Of a stretch of DNA of 64,000 nt, positions 51,435 to 59,426 are shown piece after piece; position 1 is the first letter of the stretch; each line of letters starts with the position of its first letter. The stretch is from positions 800,001 through 864,000 of the forward strand of contig CAVVHS010000006.1 in assembly GCA_963748215.1 (NCBI GenBank). Reading direction: 5' to 3'. Under the pieces are notes generated by a model, which did not search any database, had not been told where the DNA came from, and saw nothing but the letters and a program-made list of their open reading frames with translations. The translations under genes were made by a program, and so were the position numbers. This DNA is from an uncultured Gammaproteobacteria bacterium. Lineage in GTDB: Bacteria > Pseudomonadota > Gammaproteobacteria > UBA9214.

Positions 51435-52154
51435 TTAATGAACGTTGATCACCGGGAGCAGGCGATCGAACTCCTTCTTGACCACCTGGTAGCATTCGCA
51501 GACGCGTGCCTCCAGGCCGGGCCGGTCCAGCACGGTGATCTTGCCGCGGCTGTAGTGAATCAACCCGGCGCGCTGCAGTTTCCCGGCCGCCTCGGTGACG
51601 CCTTCGCGGCGCACGCCGAGCATGTTGGCGATCAGCTCCTGCGTCATGATCAACTCGTTCGAGGGCAGGCGGTCCAGGCTCAGCAGCAGCCAGCGGCACA
51701 GTTGCTGGTCCACCGAATGATGCCGGTTGCACACCGCCGTCTGCGCCATCTGGGTCAGCAGCGCCTGGGTGTAGCGCAGCAACAGACGCTGCATCGGCCC
51801 GGCGCGAAAGAACGCGTCCTTCAGCAGCTGCCCCTTCAGCCGGTAGGCGTGACCGGCGCTTTGCACCACGGCCCGGCTGGTCGTGGTTTCGCCGCCCATG
51901 AACAGGGAGACGCCGACGATGCCCTCGTTGCCGACCACGGCGATTTCGGCCGATGCGCCATCCTCCATGACGTAGAGCAGGGACACGATGGAGGTGGTGG
52001 GGAAATAGACGTGGCGCATCGTCATGCCGGGCTCGTAAACCGCATCGCCGAGCGGCATCGGGACCAGTTCCAGATGGGGAAAGAGGCGCGCGCGTTCCTC
52101 CGCCGGCAGGGCGGCGAGCAGGTGGTTCTGACGGGGGTCATGAGGGACGGGCAT
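51435..52154 (-). CDS. Crp/Fnr family regulator (convergent paralog)
   Basis: NHLLAALP, EIAVVGNEG, QQLCRWLL; HTH QELIANMLGVRREGVTEAA. Confidence 0.93.
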   Translation of the reverse strand: MPVPHDPRQNHLLAALPAEERARLFPHLELVPMPLGDAVYEPGMTMRHVYFPTTSIVSLLYVMEDGASAEIAVVGNEGIVGVSLFMGGETTTSRAVVQSAGHAYRLKGQLLKDAFFRAGPMQRLLLRYTQALLTQMAQTAVCNRHHSVDQQLCRWLLLSLDRLPSNELIMTQELIANMLGVRREGVTEAAGKLQRAGLIHYSRGKITVLDRPGLEARVCECYQVVKKEFDRLLPVINVH

Positions 52155-52252
52155 GTGCCGCCGCCCAAGTATCTGTCAAAACTGTAATAATCATCGATGT
52201 GGCTGTATCTGCTGCTGGAAACGCCGGTTAATTATCTCCCCTCCCCCGCCAA

Positions 52253-52344
52253 TGTACAACAGCGTACAGACGGAGCACGGGTACCCTTCGATTGCCGGCT
52301 ATGTACGCCAGCAGACAGACGGCGAATGAGGTCCTCCGTAAGCT
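52253..52344 (+). promoter_or_regulatory. Two Crp-family sites 49 bp apart plus -10 element
   Basis: TGTACA-ACAG-CGTACA (52253) and TGTACG-CCAG-CAGACA (52302); TAAGCT at 52339. Confidence 0.65.
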
Positions 52345-52467
52345 CGAATCATCGGAACCAGCATAAAAACCTGCAATGTCTGCAGCGCTATCCTGGCGAA
52401 GAGCAGTGTATGCCCGGCATGACTTGCCGATGCATCACTCCCGGACTCACCACATTAAGGAACGTTA

Positions 52468-52707
52468 ATGACCAACTTCAACACCATTGATACCATGCAG
52501 AAATACGCACTCATTGCAGTTGCCGCAGCCTTGCTGCTCGGCCTGAGTGGTTGTTCCGGGATGTCGACGCAGGACAAAAACACCGCTATCGGCGCGGGTG
52601 TCGGTGCCGTCGGCGGCGCAGTTCTTACCGGCGGCAGCACGATCGGAACCGTCGGCGGTGCAGCCGTTGGCGGCATCATCGGCCACGAGATCGACCCGGA
52701 CAATTGA
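52468..52707 (+). CDS. Glycine-zipper 2TM lipoprotein (OsmB-like)
   Basis: Lipobox LSGC; TAIGAGVGAVGGA...GGIIGHE. Confidence 0.88.
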   Translation: MTNFNTIDTMQKYALIAVAAALLLGLSGCSGMSTQDKNTAIGAGVGAVGGAVLTGGSTIGTVGGAAVGGIIGHEIDPDN

Positions 52708-52840
52708 TGATCGGTCCGCGACGTGCCTGGCCCACCCGGCCGGTGCGTCGCGGACTCTGATAACCCTGGATACCGGCAATCGGTGTGACCCACACGGTGA
52801 CTCCCCCTACCAGACACAACATCATCAGGAGATATACATC

Positions 52841-53035
52841 ATGAAATCAGTCAAGATCCTCAGCACAGCCTTGCTTACAAGTGCGTTGCTTATTGCACTA
52901 ACCGGCTGCGAGAAACAGGAAGGCCCGATGGAGAAAGCCGGCAAGAGTGTCGACAACGCGACCGAGTCACTTGGAGAACATATGGAAGATGCCGGTGAAG
53001 CCATCCAGGACGCGGCAAAGGACGCCAAGAAGTAG
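52841..53035 (+). CDS. Small lipoprotein
   Basis: AGGAG RBS; lipobox LTGC; EGPMEKAGKSVD. Confidence 0.8.
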   Translation: MKSVKILSTALLTSALLIALTGCEKQEGPMEKAGKSVDNATESLGEHMEDAGEAIQDAAKDAKK

Positions 53036-53260
53036 AGAGCGCTGTATATGGGCAACAACCAGAGTTAATCGTGTGTCGTTCTGCACTATCAAGGGCCCTG
53101 CCGACCGCTTGTGGGGCGCGCAGTCACAGCGCAAGTTCCTCACGCAGATGGGGCTCGACCAATGGACGCAGTCCGGGGAGCTGGTTCGCCCGGAAGTGAA
53201 GCGATTCACTCCGGATTAAGTGGCTCCGCGACAGGACATGACAGATCAGGAGTAACATCC

Positions 53261-53407
53261 ATGCTTGAAACTATTGCGATTATCTTGCTCATCCTATGGG
53301 TGCTTGGCCTGGTTTCATCGTACACTATGGGTGGGTTGATCCATCTTTTCCTGGTCATCGCGCTCGTTGTGATCGTGATACGCGTCATTCAAGGTCGACG
53401 CGTGTAA
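53261..53407 (+). CDS. lmo0937-like small membrane protein
   Basis: MLETIAIILLILWVLGLVSSYTMGGLIHL; AGGAG RBS. Confidence 0.85.
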   Translation: MLETIAIILLILWVLGLVSSYTMGGLIHLFLVIALVVIVIRVIQGRRV

Positions 53408-53514
53408 CGGCCCGGGAAGTGCTCTCTGTCGCAGGGGGGCTAGGTGAATCGATCCGGTGATTTCCGGTTTACCGGGCGCCTGCCTGTAACGAAAGCATCA
53501 GAGAGGACGTGATC

Positions 53515-53829
53515 ATGCTGGTAACCTTTTCCTGCCCGGCCTATGCGAGCATAACGATGTTCGGCGCGGATGCAGTCCGACTGCTCAAACTGATGGGGCA
53601 CAGCGGTACGGTGCCCGGCGCTCTGCTGGCAGTAGATGTCCAGGCGGCGCTGGAACACCTGGAAGCTGCGGTCGAGGCAGACCAGCAGTCGCCGGAACCG
53701 GAAGTGCCTGCGGAAGGAGAGGACGGCGAACCTGCCGTCAGTCTCACGCACCGCGCCTTGCCGGTAATCGAATTACTCAAGGCGGCGGCAAAGGCAAAAT
53801 GCGACGTGATGTGGGACAAGAGCAACTAA
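53515..53829 (+). CDS. DUF1840-like protein
   Basis: MLVTF...ITMFG..A..LLKLMGHSGTVPGAL...RALP.IELLKAA...VMW. Confidence 0.85.
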   Translation: MLVTFSCPAYASITMFGADAVRLLKLMGHSGTVPGALLAVDVQAALEHLEAAVEADQQSPEPEVPAEGEDGEPAVSLTHRALPVIELLKAAAKAKCDVMWDKSN

Positions 53830-53883
53830 TCCAGCAGTCGTATGTGACAGTTATTCCAATACCAGGCCGCCAACTATAGTCAG

Positions 53884-53980
53884 GTGGTTGTGCCGGAATG
53901 TCGGCACAAGACAGAAGTTTCACTATCGACGCTGGAGTCGGGTCCGTAGACGGTACAGTCGTCGGCGGCAGCATCGATAG
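53884..53980 (+). pseudogene. Degenerate second copy of the OsmB-like gene
   Basis: GGCAGMSAQDRSFTIDAGVGSVDG aligns with SGCSGMSTQDKNTAIGAGVGAVGG. Confidence 0.55.
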
Positions 53981-54156
53981 TCGATCAATCCGGCGTCTGT
54001 ACTTACCGCATACCGACCCCGGTTTCTGCTCACCGCTGTGTAGGTGCACTCCCCCGCCCCGCTCCTCCAGGCACTGCAATGGTGCTGCGAACTCCCTGAT
54101 AGCCCCGCCCGGGGATGTACACACCATGATCAGCTATGCAGGCAATTGTGACCTTA

Positions 54157-54199
54157 GGTACGCCAGCGTACCGACTGCACCTGATCCTGCGAGTAATCT
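54157..54199 (+). promoter_or_regulatory. Putative Crp-family site with class II promoter
   Basis: GGTACG-CCAG-CGTACC; -10 TAATCT at 54194. Confidence 0.65.
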
Positions 54200-54338
54200 T
54201 GTATTTGTATCCGGAGTTTCCGTGAAATGATCCCGTCTTCTACCCACGCGAAGTTACCAGGTGACGAAAGATGACTGCGACGAAGGATGCTCGATTGGCA
54301 ATACCGCCAGTCGGAACACTGACAAAAGGACTTTACAT

Positions 54339-54542
54339 ATGGACTGGAATATCGTTGAAGGCAACTGGAAGCAGTTCAAGGGCAAGGTGAAAGCACAGTG
54401 GGGCAAACTCACCGACGATCACCTCGACGTGATTGCCGGCAATCGCGATCAGCTGGCGGGCAAGATCCAGGAGACCTATGGCATTACGAAGGACGAAACC
54501 GAACAGCAAATCAAGGATTTCGAAGAGCTTGACAAGCACTAG
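54339..54542 (+). CDS. CsbD/YjbJ family stress protein
   Basis: MDWNIVEGNWKQFKGKVKAQWGKLTDD...GKIQETYG. Confidence 0.92.
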   Translation: MDWNIVEGNWKQFKGKVKAQWGKLTDDHLDVIAGNRDQLAGKIQETYGITKDETEQQIKDFEELDKH

Positions 54543-54703
54543 GAGCCTGTCGGACTTGGGACTGATCTACTGCGCCGGCGGGACAGCAGCCCATTTTTCC
54601 GATCCTCCTCGTCAAATAGCTACGGCTATTCTCCTCGAACGATCGGAAAAATGACCTCGCTCTCCCACCCGGCTCGCTACGATCGCCCAAATCCGACAGG
54701 CCC
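54543..54703. mobile_element. ~160-bp MITE with 18-bp TIRs, flanked by CTAG/CTGG
   Basis: GAGCCTGTCGGACTTGGG ... CCCAAATCCGACAGGCCC. Confidence 0.75.
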
Positions 54704-54810
54704 CTGGCAGCCGACGCATTTCTCCTGACCTGAACGACGCCGTACACGGCGATACGCCGCATGAAGCGAGGGTCGCACAGGGCAGGCACTTTACTGAAAG
54801 GATACTACTC

Positions 54811-55284
54811 ATGACAAGCTCTGAACGCTTCACTCCGCCACATGTTCCGACCGGGGGCGCCACGCATAGGGTTGAGCGCCTTCACAACACAGAACAATGG
54901 CGATGGAAGGCTCAGTCGGACGACTGGGATATTGAAGGTGGACGCGTGGCTGCAACTCACGCTGCCGAGCAAGAACCGTTCTCGATCGACACAGAAACCG
55001 TGGCGTCAATGCCGCTCCATCGTCATGAAGCAGACGAGGTCATGAACGCGCCCTCTGCAGCCGGCAGTGTTAGCCCTGACGTCCCTGGCCATTCCCCTCG
55101 CGGACGCTCATGTCCCCAATGCAATGGCCCCGTGGAACGTATACGACGCCGCATTCTCGATCGAATCGTGAGCTGGATTATGCCGGTGTACCGCTATCGC
55201 TGCCGTATGAAGGGTTGGGGTTGCGATTGGGAAGGGAATCTACGCACCAAGCGACATTCCCTGCCGATGCATGGGCTGCGGTGA
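54811..55284 (+). CDS. Hypothetical protein with C-terminal Zn-ribbon-like motif
   Basis: CPQC...YRYRC....GCDWEG; AAGGA RBS. Confidence 0.5.
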   Translation: MTSSERFTPPHVPTGGATHRVERLHNTEQWRWKAQSDDWDIEGGRVAATHAAEQEPFSIDTETVASMPLHRHEADEVMNAPSAAGSVSPDVPGHSPRGRSCPQCNGPVERIRRRILDRIVSWIMPVYRYRCRMKGWGCDWEGNLRTKRHSLPMHGLR

Positions 55285-55431
55285 GTTGTACGACGGAAGA
55301 CACGGCGCACTCGATCCATCACGACGGGGCGTCGCCTCGCCATACCGTCCAGGAACGCAGCCGATGAGCAGTCGAGTGATCGGAATCATACCGGCGATAC
55401 AGTGACGATCCACCTGCTTCGATCGAGGATA

Positions 55432-55474
55432 TGTACGACAGCGTACAGACTTGATAATGGAGTTCACGTAGTCT
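55432..55474 (+). promoter_or_regulatory. Putative Crp-family site with class II promoter
   Basis: TGTACG-ACAG-CGTACA; -10 TAGTCT at 55469. Confidence 0.7.
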
Positions 55475-55691
55475 AAACATCAGAGGTGAGATGCCGTAAT
55501 CGGGCATTCCGCCAGAATGAAGTGCGCAAGACGCATGCGGCGAAATGATGGGAAGCCTAGCTACGGGCGGGATAAGCTGGATGTGGCTTCTATCCTGGCT
55601 TGTCTCCGTACTGGACGTGGTGCATTTCACCGTCACTAGCCGACAGTAACGGACACATGAATTTATTCAGCTCAATTAAGGAAATATCACT

Positions 55692-56630
55692 ATGAAAACT
55701 TCAAAACTGGCTGCCGCGATCATCGCCAGCGCCCTGTCTGCGTCTATCGTATCAGCGCAGGAAATGACCGCGCCCGCCGGGTCGGCGAAGTGCATAGACG
55801 CGGACAAGCAACTGTCCCAGATGCAGGAGAAAATGCAAGAATTACAGCAGCAGATGGAAAAACTCCGGCAACAGTCCAGGTTGCAGGAGAACATGAACGA
55901 AATGCAGCAGCAGATGGGGAAACTCCAGGCGACGACTGACCCGAAGGAACGCCGGAAGCTGTTGCAGGAACACATGCAGACCATGCAGGCACATATGGAG
56001 ATGATGCGTAGCATGAGCGGATCCGAAGGCGGCCCGGGCATGATGGGTGGTCCGCAGCGCGGTCCCGGTAGTCCGGGCGGCATGATGCATGGGCCCCAAG
56101 GCGGTCCGGGTGGCATGATGCGTGGTCCGGGTAGTCCAGGCGGCATGATGTACGGTCCCGGTGGTCCAGGCGGCATGATGTACGGTCCCGGTGGTCCGGG
56201 CGGCATGATGTACGGTCCCGGTGGTCCGGGTGGTCCCGAAGATGGCCCAGGTGGAATGGGCGGTTACCAGGGTGGCCCCGGTAGCATGGGCGGTCCCGGT
56301 GGTCCGGGCGGCATGATGCGTGGGCCCCAAGGCGGCCCGGGTAGCATGATGGGTGGTCCGGGTGGAATGGGCGGTCCCGGTGGTCCGGGTGGCATGATGC
56401 GTGGGCCCCAAGGCGGTCCGGGTGTAATGATGCGTCGGCCTCAAAGCGGTCCGGGTAGCATGATGGGTGGTCCGGGTGGAATGGGGGGTCCGGGCGGTCC
56501 AGGCGGTATGATGTACGGTCCCGGCGGTCCGGGTGGCCCCGGTAGCATGGGCGGTCCCGATGGTCCGGACGGCATGATGTATGGTCCCGATGGTCCCGAA
56601 GGTGGTCCGAATGAACCGAGGTCTGAGTAA
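55692..56630 (+). CDS. Secreted Met/Gln-rich coiled-coil protein with long GPGGMM low-complexity tail
   Basis: AAGGA RBS; signal peptide; TTDPKERRKLLQEHMQTM; ~200 aa of G/P/M repeats. Confidence 0.8.
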   Translation: MKTSKLAAAIIASALSASIVSAQEMTAPAGSAKCIDADKQLSQMQEKMQELQQQMEKLRQQSRLQENMNEMQQQMGKLQATTDPKERRKLLQEHMQTMQAHMEMMRSMSGSEGGPGMMGGPQRGPGSPGGMMHGPQGGPGGMMRGPGSPGGMMYGPGGPGGMMYGPGGPGGMMYGPGGPGGPEDGPGGMGGYQGGPGSMGGPGGPGGMMRGPQGGPGSMMGGPGGMGGPGGPGGMMRGPQGGPGVMMRRPQSGPGSMMGGPGGMGGPGGPGGMMYGPGGPGGPGSMGGPDGPDGMMYGPDGPEGGPNEPRSE

Positions 56631-56954
56631 TCATATAACCCACCTTCCAGCGCGCCGAGAAGCTGTTCACAAACGAACAGCGTCAAGCCCCGCAGGGGCT
56701 CCCATGTCATGATGCCGCAGCAGACACGGTAACGATGGGTATTCCAGAATACTCAGGGAGTCACGTTCTGTACAACAGGCTGACTCCCTGCTTCTTTCTG
56801 ATCGCAGGACGTTCCGGGCAGGCCCGCGGTTAACCTGTGCGTAGCCAATTGTTGCTCAGACTGCTGCGTTCAACCGGTATAGCTCTCGAAAATACTGATA
56901 AGCAGCTAAAACGTGCGTGTTCAGAAATGTGAAAGAACATCAAGAGTCGGACAT

Positions 56955-57090
56955 GACCTTCATTGAGAAGCATACCAAGGCCCCGGCGCCTTACATATGG
57001 ACCAGGTCAGCAACTGATATCCTGGAGAAACTGAAACAGGAAAGAAAAACGCTCAATAAGTTACAAACTGTTTGAAGACTCACAATAGCG
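56955..57090 (+). mobile_element. IS630-family 3' remnant
   Basis: FIEKHTKAPAPYIWTRSATDILEKLKQERKTLNKLQTV* resembles an IS630 transposase C-terminus. Confidence 0.6.
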
Positions 57091-57224
57091 GATTCGGATA
57101 AACTCTATAGAGGCGAAATAAGTTTATCCAGGCCCTCTCGCGTTGCGCGATTCACGATGGGTTACGCGTGATCGTACTGATTGAGCCGGGTGTCGGAAGT
57201 GTTCCGCGAGACTGGATCAGGTCA

Positions 57225-58652
57225 ATGTCAAAATCTTTTAAAATCATCTTCCTTGCTGCCGGCGGATTCGTTGCCCTCCTCGTCTTCATCGCGGTCGCCC
57301 TGGTTGTCTTTGTGGATGCCAATGCCTACAAGTCCGACCTGGAATCGACCGCCACGGGAGCTTTGGGGATGGAAGTCAAAATCGACGGCCGGCTGGGGAT
57401 CGGCTTTTTTCCAGGCCTGCTGCTCACGCTGCGGGACGTGCACATCCTCAACGGGGGGACGGATATCATCACGGTCAAGGAGGCAAGGATCGGGGTTGAT
57501 CTAATCTCTCTGTTGCGTAAGAAAGTCCAGATCAGGAATGTCGCACTTATACAACCCAGGATCGCCATCGAACGGGACAGCGACGGCACGTTCAACTTCG
57601 AGAGAGCGGATGCGGCCGGAACAACCGCCCATGCCCTGGACCTGGCGAAACTTTCCCTTACAGATGCAAGTATTGTCTACGCGGACAAACTAACCGGATC
57701 AGGGTTCGAGGTCGCGGATTGCAGCCTGGCTCTGCTCCGTCTGCATTTTGCACGTGGGCAGAGCCCGGGCATACTGAAGAACCTTAGCTTCACGGGGGAA
57801 CTGGCCTGCGGAGAAATGATGGCAGGTCGCTTCGCTGCATCGGACCTGAAGGTTGCAGCCGAGGGAGGAGACGGGGTGTTCGACCTCAAGCCGGTCACGA
57901 TGCGTGTCTACGGCGCGCAAGGATCGGGGAACATACACGCGGACTTTTCGGGCGCAACACCGGCTTACGATGTCAGCTACGCATTGCCAGGGTTCCAGAT
58001 CAGGGAGGCATTCAAAATACTGTCACCAAAGCAGGCCGCGGAAGGGACAATGGATTTCTCCGCGACCCTGTCGATGCGGGGCAAGACCGCGTACTCGATG
58101 AAACGGACTCTCGCAGGACAGGTCTCTCTGCAGGGCGAAAATCTCACGCTCATCGGCACGGATCTCGATGAGGCATTCTCCCGGTTTGAGTCCAGCCAGA
58201 ACTTCAACCTGGTGGATTTGGCCGCCTTTTTCTATGCCGGGCCGCTCGCCCTGGTGGTTACGAAGGGTTACAACTTTGCGAGTATCTTCCAGGGGTCGGG
58301 GGGGCGCAGCAGCATTCGCAAACTGGTTTCCAACTGGAAGCTCAGGCGCGGCCAGGCGCAGGCCCGGGACGTGGCCATGGTGACGGACGAGAACCGCATC
58401 GCCCTCCAGGGAAGGCTCGATTTCGTCAACGAGCGCTACGATGATGTGACCGTGGCACTGATCGACGCCAAGGGCTGCGTCCTGGTCGAGCAGGAAATGC
58501 GCGGCAGCTTCCATAACCCTGAGGTGGAGAAGCCGAGCATGCTCCAGTCCCTGGCCGGGCCGGCGCTCAAGCTGCTCAAGCAGGGAAAGAATGCCTTGAC
58601 TGGCGCAAAGTGCGACGTGTTCTACACCGGTTCAGTGACACCGCCAAAATGA
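57225..58652 (+). CDS. AsmA family protein
   Basis: N-terminal TM, DANAYK..LE..A...LG..V.IDG, P.I.IERD.DGTFNF; beta-groove-like C-terminus. Confidence 0.85.
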   Translation: MSKSFKIIFLAAGGFVALLVFIAVALVVFVDANAYKSDLESTATGALGMEVKIDGRLGIGFFPGLLLTLRDVHILNGGTDIITVKEARIGVDLISLLRKKVQIRNVALIQPRIAIERDSDGTFNFERADAAGTTAHALDLAKLSLTDASIVYADKLTGSGFEVADCSLALLRLHFARGQSPGILKNLSFTGELACGEMMAGRFAASDLKVAAEGGDGVFDLKPVTMRVYGAQGSGNIHADFSGATPAYDVSYALPGFQIREAFKILSPKQAAEGTMDFSATLSMRGKTAYSMKRTLAGQVSLQGENLTLIGTDLDEAFSRFESSQNFNLVDLAAFFYAGPLALVVTKGYNFASIFQGSGGRSSIRKLVSNWKLRRGQAQARDVAMVTDENRIALQGRLDFVNERYDDVTVALIDAKGCVLVEQEMRGSFHNPEVEKPSMLQSLAGPALKLLKQGKNALTGAKCDVFYTGSVTPPK

Positions 58653-58832
58653 ATGGCTTGCAACGATACCGGCGTACTGGCGCCACGGCCGGCTGGTCAT
58701 ATGAACGCAGGCGAGGAAACGACTGAACAGGAAATACATTGAGGTGGTCGCTGGTGCAGGTGCTGCCAACACGGTTTCGGTAATCATAGATGAAGCCCGA
58801 AGGGATTCCAGGGGAAACGCCGCGGGCGGTTC

Positions 58833-59102
58833 TGGAGTGCCCGGGGAGATTACTCGGCCAAATTCTGCTCGGGGCATTACTGACCCTCGCGCCCTACGGG
58901 CCGCCGCCGCTGCGCGGCGACGTTCTCGGCAATTGCTCCCTGCATCGCCCAAGGGCGCCTACTTTTGGTGCCCCACCTCCTGCATGGCCCAGGCCAGCTT
59001 ATCGACCCGGGCTATACCCGTAATAATGGCTCACCTTCTCCCTGCAGTCGTGCGCCGCCTTCGGCGGCTTGTCGAACTCCCGACCGCCTGGTTCGCAGCC
59101 AG
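58833..59102 (-). other. att-like site: tRNA-Arg 3' half with 221-bp T-loop insert
   Basis: TGGAGTGCCCGGGGAGATT | 58852-59072 | CGAACTCCCGACCGCCTGGTTCGCAGCCAG; 59103-59243 is a diverged direct repeat of 7262-7405. Confidence 0.8.
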
Positions 59103-59426
59103 ATTGAAGCATATGTTTACTCTATTAATCAGCCACTTGCGATACCTGCCCAGCCAATGCCGTTGTTGAGCTATCAAACACTCGCGCTTCACCGTCACTG
59201 GAACTTAACACAAAACCAGCACAGCCCAATTGCCCCCTGAAAGATCCCTATAAGCCACGCGAACAGGAACTCGCCACCCACAGGTTATTTGGTGCATTCT
59301 AATGGACAATCGGGACAGTCGATTCTTCACGTCAACAATCAGATAATTACATGGCAATGCCGCATCTGCATTATGTCTTTCAGGGGTTATTCACACCGTT
59401 GATCGAATCGTGATTAATAATTCGCC

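Noticed and set aside
54731-55302. Additional Crp-type sites at 54731 and 55287
   Set aside because: Partial palindromes without the correctly spaced -10; left out of the core set.
55676-56710. Several His/Pro-rich minus-strand ORFs
   Set aside because: Shadows of the GPGGMM gene, which has the RBS and signal peptide.
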